Shown here: one piece after another, positions 24,114 through 32,223 of the stretch
Layout: each line of letters opens with the position of its first letter
Position numbering within the stretch: position 1 is the first letter of the stretch
Assembly (NCBI GenBank): GCA_963663225.1
Contig: OY760142.1
Coordinates: 2,080,001-2,144,000 of the forward strand
Origin: Nitrospirota bacterium
GTDB lineage: Bacteria; Nitrospirota; UBA9217
DNA: 64,000 nt
Direction: 5' to 3'
The notes under the pieces: model-generated
What the model saw: only the letters and a program-made list of their open reading frames with translations
The model's database searches: none
Told to the model about the DNA's origin: nothing
Program-made: the position numbers and the translations under genes

Positions 24114-24172
24114 GATGCATACCTCATGCAGGAATAATCCGGTTGAAGCGGAAGCGGAAACCGGGGATGCAG

Positions 24173-25204
24173 CTACTTCTCATATCGATATTGTACGGTC
24201 TGCTTGCCTTTTATAACCTCGCCGATCAGAAACGCCTTTTCGCGAAGTTGTCTCGCTCTTTTGATAACGGCCGCTGCCTGTTTCTGCGGCACGGCAAGTA
24301 CCATTCCGATGCCCATATTGAAATCGCGGTACATTTCTTCGTCATCGACACCGGCGCTTCGCTGAATGAGGGAGAAAACAGCGGGTATCGTCCATGTCCC
24401 TTTGCGGATAAGGGCGGCAGTGCCCTTGGGAAGCATGCGCGGGGTGTTTTCCGTGATGCCGCCGCCGGTGATGTGCGCCATGCCGTATATATCGAATTCT
24501 TTTAGAAGCGTCAGGATCGTTTTCGCATAGATTCTGGTCGGGGTAAGAAGCACTTCTCCCAGGGGCGCCCCTAATTCAGGCAGGACGTCGGTCACCGCAT
24601 GCTTCGAAGCTTCCAGCAGGACTTTGCGCACGAGCGAGTAGCCGTTGCTGTGAAGCCCTGAAGAGGCGAGCCCGATCAGAGCCATGCCCGGCTTGATCCT
24701 TGAACCGTCGATAATATTTTTTTTCTCCACCACTCCGACGGCAAATCCCGCCAGATCGTATTCGTTCTCTGCATAAAAAGCCGGCATTTCCGCAGTTTCT
24801 CCGCCGATGAGCGCGCATCCCGCCTGCTTGCATCCGGCCGCAATGCCCTTGACAATATCCGCGTGTTCCAGCGGTTTGAGCTTCCCGGTGGCGAAATAGT
24901 CAAGGAAAAAAAGCGGTTCCGCGCCCTGCACGATGATATCATTCACACACATTGCCACGAGATCGATGCCTATGGTGTCATGTTTGTTCATCAGAAAGGC
25001 GATTTTCAGCTTGGTGCCGACGCCGTCTGTCCCGGACACCAGGACCGGATTTTTGTACTTTTTGAGAGCAAAGAGCCCTCCGAATCCGCCGATGTGCGTC
25101 AGGACTTCCGGTCTGAACGTGGATTTGACGTATGGTTTTATCTTCTGAACGAAGAGGTCACCGGCATCGATATCGACGCCGGCGTCTTTATAGGTGATGG
25201 CCAT
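24173..25204 (-). CDS. purM: Phosphoribosylformylglycinamidine cyclo-ligase
   Basis: [36 protein letters not shown]. Confidence 0.96.
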   Translation of the reverse strand: MAITYKDAGVDIDAGDLFVQKIKPYVKSTFRPEVLTHIGGFGGLFALKKYKNPVLVSGTDGVGTKLKIAFLMNKHDTIGIDLVAMCVNDIIVQGAEPLFFLDYFATGKLKPLEHADIVKGIAAGCKQAGCALIGGETAEMPAFYAENEYDLAGFAVGVVEKKNIIDGSRIKPGMALIGLASSGLHSNGYSLVRKVLLEASKHAVTDVLPELGAPLGEVLLTPTRIYAKTILTLLKEFDIYGMAHITGGGITENTPRMLPKGTAALIRKGTWTIPAVFSLIQRSAGVDDEEMYRDFNMGIGMVLAVPQKQAAAVIKRARQLREKAFLIGEVIKGKQTVQYRYEK

Positions 25205-25317
25205 GGGGTATCCTTCAGATTTTTTGATGATACTACCTGTAATGCGGAATACTGTCAAGAGGTCCTGGCATGGACGCCCCGCAATCGGCGGAGCATTCTG
25301 ATTGTATGCCCGGGGCG

Positions 25318-25797
25318 CTACTTGGCCTTTTTCTGGATCTCCTGCACAGTGGGATTGCTCAGCAGTTTCATGAATTGCGGATTTGCCGTAAGTGCGGCAA
25401 CATCACCGGACTGCACTGCCTTCATGGTGGCCGGATCTTCCAAAAGTTTTTTGAACTCCGGATCGTTCTGCAGCGACTGGATCAAATTCATAATTTCTTT
25501 ATCATTCATCATTTTTGTCTGGAACGATTGAATCTCCCCGGTCGTGCTGTTGTTCTTCGACAACGAGAGATTTCCCTCCGGCGAGGTCTTGTTTTGAATA
25601 GCTTGTATTCTCGATTCTTCAATGGTAATGGTGCCGAGAATGTCGGATTTGATCGTGTAAATGCCCTTGTTTAAAGAAATGACTTCTCCGGAGATGACGC
25701 TGCCATCCCGCAGCACGATGTCCTTTATTTCACCCGCAAACGCGGGTCCGCATACCAAAGTCAGCATTAATCCCAAACAAACCAGACATTGTCTCAT
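25318..25797 (-). CDS. Secreted hypothetical protein with STI1-like DP/NP repeats
   Basis: Signal peptide (AFA), [11 protein letters not shown] beta domain, C-terminal DPEF/DPAT/NPQF/NPTV repeats. Confidence 0.65.
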   Translation of the reverse strand: MRQCLVCLGLMLTLVCGPAFAGEIKDIVLRDGSVISGEVISLNKGIYTIKSDILGTITIEESRIQAIQNKTSPEGNLSLSKNNSTTGEIQSFQTKMMNDKEIMNLIQSLQNDPEFKKLLEDPATMKAVQSGDVAALTANPQFMKLLSNPTVQEIQKKAK

Positions 25798-26080
25798 AAA
25801 CGGGTTTCCTCTCTTCTGATTAAGATGGAGCGCGGCTCCGTAGAAGATATGATAATTTGGCCGTTCTGTCAAGGAACCTTTCTTGTATGTGTTGCCTCGT
25901 TCTGCATCTGGTTTGAAATCAAGCATAAATAATGTTCCGCGCAAAATGTTTGCTAATATCATGGCGCATATGATATATTCCTATATGAAATAATTTTCCC
26001 TGTTCGTCGCACTTGTTGGCACGAAAAAGAATGCGCAGTTTCATACTGAGTACATTACTCTTTAAAACGAGTGCCCATTT

Positions 26081-26712
26081 ATGAAAAACAAAGCATCATC
26101 GAGTTTCCTGAAATATATAATACCGCAATACGATGAAATCGCACTTTTTGCCATGAGTTTAACTTTTGCACTTCTTCTGCTGGCTGGCGTTCTATTAGGC
26201 AATAAAGACTTACAATTTGAATATATATCTCCAAGAGACTTTGACCCTAGAATAATTCTAGCTATTTTGGTTTTCTTTGCCGGGTTTGTCTTATCTATTT
26301 ATCATGCTTTTGTTAATCGCCCTAAAACATCTTTTGAAAAGTCCTGCATGCTTTTTTTGCTGTGCTATTAAATGCATTTAGCGGTGTAATGGCGGGCGCG
26401 TATGCTCTTATTACATCGAATGGATTGTTAATCATATTTCCAATTTTAAATATTCTTAACGGTATCGCTTTAGTATTTATGTTCAGAATGGGATGTCTTA
26501 ATGAATCAAACATTAGTGATCAACATATGTCTTTAAGAGAACTCATCCTTACAGCAACTATAGTAATCATCTTATTCTTTATCTGTAATTCTCTATTCAA
26601 ATTGATGTGGCTCGAAACTCTGTCGATCAGTCTCATATATGCTACAAATCTGATCCGTCTGGTCCAATCATTAATTATGCCAATGCTGATATCAAAAAAT
26701 CGACCATTATAA
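26081..26712 (+). pseudogene. Multi-pass membrane protein split by a frameshift in a T7 run
   Basis: ORFs 26081-26371 and 26362-26712 fuse into one 210-aa hydrophobic ORF if the T7 tract at 26352-26358 is T8. Confidence 0.65.
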
Positions 26713-26733
26713 GTTCTAACAATTTCCAGTAGA

Positions 26734-26767
26734 TAGGTTGGGCTTCACAATATTCAGCCCAACCTAC
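26734..26767 (-). repeat. GTAG-type REP-like palindrome, copy 1
   Basis: Minus strand reads GTAGGTTGGGCTGAATATTGTGAAGCCCAACCTA. Confidence 0.7.
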
Positions 26768-26855
26768 ACTACTTTCAACCAGTATTGATGAGGTTTAGAC
26801 ATTCTGACCGAGATTCTAAATTTATTTGTCAGCTGCATTATAAAAGGGTGCTCTA

Positions 26856-27446
26856 GTGATTTACAAAATGGTATTTAAAAGGATATCGATAGTTTTAATA
26901 ATAATTTTTATTGCCTATTATATTGTTTTATCTTTTTTAGCTCACACTTTAATTGGGCCTTTTGTTTTCATTGATGTGCATAAAACATTTTATAAAGTTG
27001 CACTGTATAAAAATAATAAATTGAGCTTTAAACAGGAATTTCTAAATACGGATGGAACACATAAGTTCGTATGGGTTGATACGCACATGAAAAAGCAATG
27101 TGCAGAGATAGTGCCATATTTCTGGAAATGCCTTTTCCATCCAATGGACAATGATTCCCATACACTTGATGATGGGGAAAAATACAATTATCACTTGCCA
27201 CCATTTACTTATAGAATGTCGAGTTCAAAACATTCTAAAAAGTATGCGACGTTAAGCCGTAGTATTATAAGCTCTAGTGACATAAAGTCCTTGCAAAGGG
27301 CTGGCTGGAAGTACGACGAAGCTGATCAAATGTCTGCAGGTGCGACATTAGAAAAAAATGGAATTTATCTATCATTTGGTTCAAGTCTAGAGTTCGATGA
27401 TGAAGGCTGTATAAGTGATATTTACGTGAACATTAACAAGCCTTGA
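26856..27446 (+). CDS. Hypothetical low-GC protein with N-terminal membrane anchor
   Basis: 196-aa ORF in AT-rich islet; start may be ATG 26868. Confidence 0.55.
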   Translation: MIYKMVFKRISIVLIIIFIAYYIVLSFLAHTLIGPFVFIDVHKTFYKVALYKNNKLSFKQEFLNTDGTHKFVWVDTHMKKQCAEIVPYFWKCLFHPMDNDSHTLDDGEKYNYHLPPFTYRMSSSKHSKKYATLSRSIISSSDIKSLQRAGWKYDEADQMSAGATLEKNGIYLSFGSSLEFDDEGCISDIYVNINKP

Positions 27447-27578
27447 TTTATACCCCAGATAGGTTGTTTTAATGAATATCTAATTAATACTCGCGTGACA
27501 TAAAGAATGAATACTTCATGAATATCATATGCTTTTAATGCGGTGGCCGGATTATATTAATAACCATTTGCAAAGTAG

Positions 27579-27613
27579 GTAGGTTGGGCTGAACGTTCTT
27601 TGTGAAGCCCAAC
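27579..27613 (+). repeat. GTAG-type REP-like palindrome, copy 2
   Basis: GTAGGTTGGGCTGAACGTTCTTTGTGAAGCCCAAC, same arms as copy 1, opposite orientation. Confidence 0.7.
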
Positions 27614-27925
27614 GAATACATGATGCTGTGAACTCTTATACATAACCATGCGCTATCGAAGGGCAAATACACCCGAAGCAACATACTTTTAACAATGGTA
27701 TCGGAAGCGAATAAAAACTCATTTTCTTAGTGCCTAATACATGGCTGCAGCCTATTTACTCCCGTTCTCTTGACACGCGCCATCTTCCTGAGAATATGCA
27801 ATATGCGTCCGGGTTTTTTGCTGATCAAAATCTCTCTTAAATTGTGCTTCGTTTCCTGTGAGTTCTTTGGTATAATAGCACCGCTTTTATCAGAAAGGTT
27901 CATAATTTGACGAGGAGGGGAAGGC

Positions 27926-28240
27926 ATGAGAACACTGCTGGGACTTGGATTGATTATTGCGCTGTCTATGCCGTCGCTTGCATGGTGTAAAGTCGGGGGA
28001 GATGATGTCACGTATCGCCCGCCGGGATCAGACACGGTTGTATTCAGTCATGACTTTCACACAAGAAAAGGCATGAAGTGCAGTGACTGCCACTACAAAT
28101 TATTTTCAATCACGGGTGGACGAGCGAAGAAAGCAACGATGCAGGAAATGGAAAAAGGGCAATCCTGCGGAGCATGCCATTCCGGCCAGAAAGCATTTAG
28201 CGTAAAAGACAAGGTGAACTGTAAAAAATGTCACAAGTAA
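27926..28240 (+). CDS. Periplasmic triheme cytochrome c (c7/c3-like)
   Basis: Signal peptide; VVFSHDFH distal His ligands; CSDCH, CGACH, CKKCH. Confidence 0.9.
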   Translation: MRTLLGLGLIIALSMPSLAWCKVGGDDVTYRPPGSDTVVFSHDFHTRKGMKCSDCHYKLFSITGGRAKKATMQEMEKGQSCGACHSGQKAFSVKDKVNCKKCHK

Positions 28241-28374
28241 AATAACTGCTACCCGGGCGGGGGAGTTCCCTGCCCGGAGTATTTCCTGAACTCCTGCCTT
28301 TTTCTCCATCGATCATAATTGCAAAATAAGAAGCTTGGTTTCTGCATCATGTATGAAGGGTGCAGGCCGGCTTG

Positions 28375-29625
28375 TCAACGAGCAGTTTTCTTGGTATGAA
28401 AACGACCTCGTTTTGGAGCGGACCGGGAAGGATGTTGCCGTGCTTCCGGGCGATGCTTTTCTTCAGGTGAACGTCTGATTTCCTGCGCATACATGGTTTC
28501 ATCAGCCCATTCTACCGGAATTTTCTGCCCGATATATTTTTCGATTTCTTCAAGTGAGTAGACATACTCTTCATCCGCCAGACTCACCGCCTTGCCGCTT
28601 GCGCCGGCTCGTCCGGTCCGGCCGATCCGGTGCACGTAATCCTCGGCGTCCTGCGGAAGATCATAATTGATTACATGCGTCACCCCCTCCACATGGATGC
28701 CGCGGCTTGCAACATCCGTTGCAACGAGGATGGGGAGTTTTCCTTCCTTAAAGTCGGCGAGTATGCGCAGCCGCTTCTTTTGTTCTATGGTGCCGGTAAT
28801 GGCTTGCGCTTTCCAGGAATTGCGGTTCAGGCGTTCCACGACCATATCGGCTGCGCGGCGGGTATTCACGAAAATCAGAGTGCGTGACGGGTTCTCCTTC
28901 CGGAGGATCCCGAGCAGCAGGGAGAGTTTTTCATGTTTGCCGACGTGGTACAGGACCTGGACTACTTGTTCAACGGTGACTTTTTCCGGTGTGATTGATA
29001 TTTTTTCCGGAAGATTCATATGCTCGTACGCAAGCTCCATGACACGATAGGAGAGGGTGGCGGAGAAAAGCATGGACTGGCGTTTCGTGTAGGGCGGAAG
29101 CTTTTTGATCAAATACCGCAAATCATCGATGAATCCCATGTCGAACATGCGGTCCGCTTCGTCGATGATGAGATACCGGGTTTTTTTCAAACTGTATATG
29201 CGCTGTTTATAGTAATCGATGAGCCGGCCCGGAGTGCCGATGAGGATATCTATTCCTTTTTGAAGGGCGTCCATTTGCTTCCGGTAATCGATTCCTCCAT
29301 AGACCGCAAGACAGCGGAAGCCGGTAAATTTCCCTAATCGCTCTGCTTCGTGATATATCTGGTCGGCGAGTTCCCGTGTCGGAGCAATAATGAGTGCCTG
29401 AGGAGAGGATGAAGAGTCGATAGCCGGATTCTTTACCATGCGGGTAAACAGTGAGATGAGAAAAGCGGCGGTTTTTCCTGTTCCCGTTTGAGCCTGCGCG
29501 GCAACATCTTCCCCCCGTATGGCTCTCGGGATCACTGCTTCCTGCACAGGAGTACATACCGTGAAGCCCGCGTGTTCAATGCCTTGTTTCACAGCATAAG
29601 GCACATCAAGTTCTGCAAAATTCAT
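28375..29625 (-). CDS. DEAD-box RNA helicase (RhlB-like)
   Basis: Q-motif GFTVCTPVQ, AQTGTGKT, PTRELA, DEAD, SAT, HRIGRTGR. Confidence 0.93.
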   Translation of the reverse strand: MNFAELDVPYAVKQGIEHAGFTVCTPVQEAVIPRAIRGEDVAAQAQTGTGKTAAFLISLFTRMVKNPAIDSSSSPQALIIAPTRELADQIYHEAERLGKFTGFRCLAVYGGIDYRKQMDALQKGIDILIGTPGRLIDYYKQRIYSLKKTRYLIIDEADRMFDMGFIDDLRYLIKKLPPYTKRQSMLFSATLSYRVMELAYEHMNLPEKISITPEKVTVEQVVQVLYHVGKHEKLSLLLGILRKENPSRTLIFVNTRRAADMVVERLNRNSWKAQAITGTIEQKKRLRILADFKEGKLPILVATDVASRGIHVEGVTHVINYDLPQDAEDYVHRIGRTGRAGASGKAVSLADEEYVYSLEEIEKYIGQKIPVEWADETMYAQEIRRSPEEKHRPEARQHPSRSAPKRGRFHTKKTAR

Positions 29626-30103
29626 ACTGCTCCGATTACCGCTGAAGACAATTTGTCAACAAAATATTTTCAGCAGTATACCATAGCTCACGAGGAGAGC
29701 AAAACAAAAATTACGCAGGTTCTTCTCATATGTTTTCGTGAATACGGGGCGGATTGACTTATCGGCATCAGCGTCTGTGTCGTGACACCACGAAATAACG
29801 CTGAAGAGTCGTTCCCGATTTTATTTTTCCTGCAGAATGCAGCTATATTCGTAAATAAATTATTCAAGAAAGTGTCGTTTTTGGCGAGTTTTTTTGCATT
29901 TTCCCCGGCAAAGGAAGCATTTCCCCTTCCAACGCACGGCCGTGCTTGCTGGTTTTTTGGCGGAGCATTAGCAGGCGACATAAACAAAAAAATACTTATA
30001 ACCAGAAAAAACTTTATTTTGCTTGGCTTTTTTTTGCTGTATGTTGATTATTTTGTTGATAAATTGTCTAACATGCTGAAATATAATTTTTTAATTTTTC
30101 TTG

Positions 30104-30137
30104 TTGACAAAATATACACTTTTGTTGTATATTTGTC
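30104..30137 (+). promoter_or_regulatory. Sigma-70 promoter overlapped by an imperfect palindrome (candidate operator)
   Basis: TTGACA-N18-TATATT; arms GACAAAATATACA and TGTATATTTGTC. Confidence 0.6.
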
Positions 30138-30154
30138 CACGAGGTGAACGTAAC

Positions 30155-30721
30155 GTGCTGACAAAACTCTTCTCTTCGACTAGAGCGGAGCTTTTAGGCC
30201 TGTTCTTTAACAATCCGGATGATCGCTTCTACCTGCGGGAAATAGCCCGCCATATCGGCAAAGATGCGGCAGGGATCAAGAGGGAGCTGGACAATCTGGT
30301 CAAGCTGGGACTTCTTGCGCGGGAGAAGCGGGGTGTTCAAAAATACTACTTCGCGAATAAGAGCTCTCCTGTTTTTTCCGAAATGAAGGGGTTGGTTTTT
30401 AAAACAACGGGAGTGCAGGGGGCCATGAAGGCGTCGCTTTCCCGGCTGAAAGGCGTCAAGGCCGCATTTATTTACGGGTCCTACGCCAAGGGAGCAGAAA
30501 AGGAAGACAGCAATATAAACCTTATGGTTGTCGGCCAAGCGAACATCACGGAATTGAACGACATGGTTATGGGCCTGGAAGAGAAGCTGAAGCGGGATAT
30601 CGATTATCTTGTTTTTGATGAGCAGGAATATCGAAAACGCAAAGAGACAAAGGATCCGTTCGTCAGGGAAATCCTGAAAGGGAAGAAAATATTCCTGGTG
30701 GGCAAAGAAGATGAATTATAG
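30155..30721 (+). CDS. wHTH + minimal nucleotidyltransferase (MNT) protein with degenerate catalytic motif
   Basis: YLREIAR...IKRELDNLVKLGLL wHTH; FIYGSYAKG-x6-NIN where the family has DxD; GTG start after GAGGTG. Confidence 0.85.
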   Translation: MLTKLFSSTRAELLGLFFNNPDDRFYLREIARHIGKDAAGIKRELDNLVKLGLLAREKRGVQKYYFANKSSPVFSEMKGLVFKTTGVQGAMKASLSRLKGVKAAFIYGSYAKGAEKEDSNINLMVVGQANITELNDMVMGLEEKLKRDIDYLVFDEQEYRKRKETKDPFVREILKGKKIFLVGKEDEL

Positions 30722-31196
30722 CCAGCTGAAGGAAACGGGAATCGTTGAAGAACGGGCTGCCGAGGTTTCGGAGATTATTGCGCTGGTAACGAGAGTGGAC
30801 CGTGATCTCGAAACAAGCAGATTGCTGTACGGGAAAGATGAAGAATGGGCCTTTGTAGCCGCGTATCAGGCTATGGCTCGTTCAGCGCGAGCGCTGATCC
30901 TGTCCGAAGGATACAGGCCAAAGGTTGTTCGGGGAAGGGACGCTCAGAAGACCGTGGTGACGGCGGCAGGCGTTATTCTTGGTGAACAGTTCAAGAGCCT
31001 CACGAACAAATTTGACCGGATGCGCAGAAAATACCAAAGCTTTATTGAAGATGCGGGCAGGATTATCTCCCGGTATGAGGCGGGGCAGGCCATTAAAGAT
31101 GCGGAGGAATTCACCGCGCTGGTCAATGCAAGAATCCGCGAGAAATATTCTCAGTTATCACTGCTGAATGATGTTCCTCAGCTTGTTTCAAGATAA
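30711..31196 (+). CDS. HEPN-domain protein with degenerate RNase motif
   Basis: RDLETS, WAFVAAYQAM, ALILSEGYRP, FDRMRRK, EAGQAIKDAEEF; overlaps MNT stop; protein contains no His. Confidence 0.8.
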   Translation: MNYSQLKETGIVEERAAEVSEIIALVTRVDRDLETSRLLYGKDEEWAFVAAYQAMARSARALILSEGYRPKVVRGRDAQKTVVTAAGVILGEQFKSLTNKFDRMRRKYQSFIEDAGRIISRYEAGQAIKDAEEFTALVNARIREKYSQLSLLNDVPQLVSR

Positions 31197-31243
31197 GGCC
31201 GCTTAGTTCACGAACGCGGTATGCCGAAAGGGGGTGGACAACA

Positions 31244-31300
31244 ATGGCAGCCAAGAAGAAAGCCAAGAAGAAGGCCAAGAAGAAAGCTAAGAAAAAGTAG
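31244..31300 (+). CDS. 18-aa Lys/Ala micropeptide MAAKKKAKKKAKKKAKKK
   Basis: RBS GAAAGGGGGTG at 31226-31236, ATG, four AKKK repeats that differ only at synonymous positions, TAG stop. Confidence 0.75.
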   Translation: MAAKKKAKKKAKKKAKKK

Positions 31301-31481
31301 TTTTCATAATGTAGTCCCCGATGAGGGACCGCCGGAGGCACTGAGACATGCCTCCGGCGCATTTACCGGAAACACTATCAACGAAATAAGAGTGCACTAT
31401 AAAAGAGTCCTTTTTTCGGACTGACTGGTCATAATTCCATCTTTCAACTATTCTCAGGATGAAAGGGGGTGATTTCATACC

Positions 31482-31538
31482 ATGGCGGCTAAAAAAAAGG
31501 CTCCGGCAAAAAAGGCAAAGAAGACCACAAAAAAATAA
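31482..31538 (+). CDS. 18-aa Lys-rich micropeptide MAAKKKAPAKKAKKTTKK
   Basis: Identical RBS GAAAGGGGGTG at 31461-31471; same MAAKKKA start encoded by different codons; TAA TAA stops. Confidence 0.72.
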   Translation: MAAKKKAPAKKAKKTTKK

Positions 31539-31590
31539 TAACCGAGACGGGGCAATGGTACAAAGGCCATGTCCTCAGTATTGAGTCTTT

Positions 31591-31625
31591 ACCACGAAGC
31601 TGGTCTTCGTGGTTTTGTTTTTTTA
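31591..31625 (+). terminator. Rho-independent terminator
   Basis: ACCACGAAG-ctggt-CTTCGTGGT followed by T-rich tail. Confidence 0.8.
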
Positions 31626-31766
31626 CCATATGCAAACGCGAAGTTTTCTGCTGTAGTTTTGCATAAATTCCGGTATTATTACTGCAAGCTTTCCCCGTAC
31701 GGGCAGATATATGACCAGTCTCTGCTTTTCCCGCGACCGGAAGGCAGCCGAAGAACGTCGATTCCT

Positions 31767-32099
31767 ATGCGTAAGCGGAATTATATAAAAATTGATCGAG
31801 GTTCCCGGACCGACGGACGGAAGAAATTGCTTATTGCGCTCGGCATTCTTCTTACTGCTTACCTCATATCGTCGTGCATTTTCGGGGAGATGGGGCTTAT
31901 AAAATACTACCGTATGAAAATGCAGTGCAATGCCTTGACAGACGAAATTGCGCTCCTGAAGCGAGACAATGCAAAACTCAGAAAACATGTCTATTCCCTG
32001 AAAAACGATCCTCTCTACATCGAACGCATCGCGCGTGACAAATTGGGCCTTGCACGCCCAGGGGAGATAGTGTACTATTACAGCGAACAGAAAGACTGA
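31767..32099 (+). CDS. ftsB: Septum formation initiator FtsB/DivIC family
   Basis: One TM, FGEMGL, coiled coil, IERIARDKLGLARPGE. Confidence 0.82.
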   Translation: MRKRNYIKIDRGSRTDGRKKLLIALGILLTAYLISSCIFGEMGLIKYYRMKMQCNALTDEIALLKRDNAKLRKHVYSLKNDPLYIERIARDKLGLARPGEIVYYYSEQKD

Positions 32100-32223
32100 A
32101 GTACTTTACAGAAACCGAATCATTGCTTTGTGCCGTAGTGAACTGCAGAAATGACCCAGGCAGTTTGATCGCAGCATGCCGTAGGGACCCAGGGGGCGGA
32201 GGTGCCCCTGCTTCGCCACGTCC

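Noticed and set aside
26017-26035. TGGCACG as a sigma-54 promoter
   Set aside because: No TTGC at the correct -12 spacing
26713-26801. Possible integron attC site (TTCTAAC ... GTTTAGAC) after the membrane gene
   Set aside because: Ends do not match RYYYAAC/GTTRRRY, the internal hairpin is explained by the REP-like element, and no integrase is in the window
29782-30147. 121-aa Phe-rich ORF and DnaA-box-like TGTTGATAA in the AT-rich intergenic region
   Set aside because: Composition reflects T-rich non-coding DNA; only mismatched boxes and no oriC context
31247-31297. 12-nt tandem repeat considered as CRISPR or VNTR
   Set aside because: No spacers and no cas genes; explained by the encoded peptide
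31221-31424. 67-aa ORF MPKGGGQQWQPRRKPRRR and other ORFs over the micropeptide region (31123-31362, 31287-31478)
   Set aside because: Alternative frames of the AKKK repeat with no RBS; the synonymous variation pattern supports the MAAKKK frame
32182-32212. GTAGGGAC...GTGCCCCTGC as a third REP
   Set aside because: Different arms from the other two, poorly paired and single copy in the window
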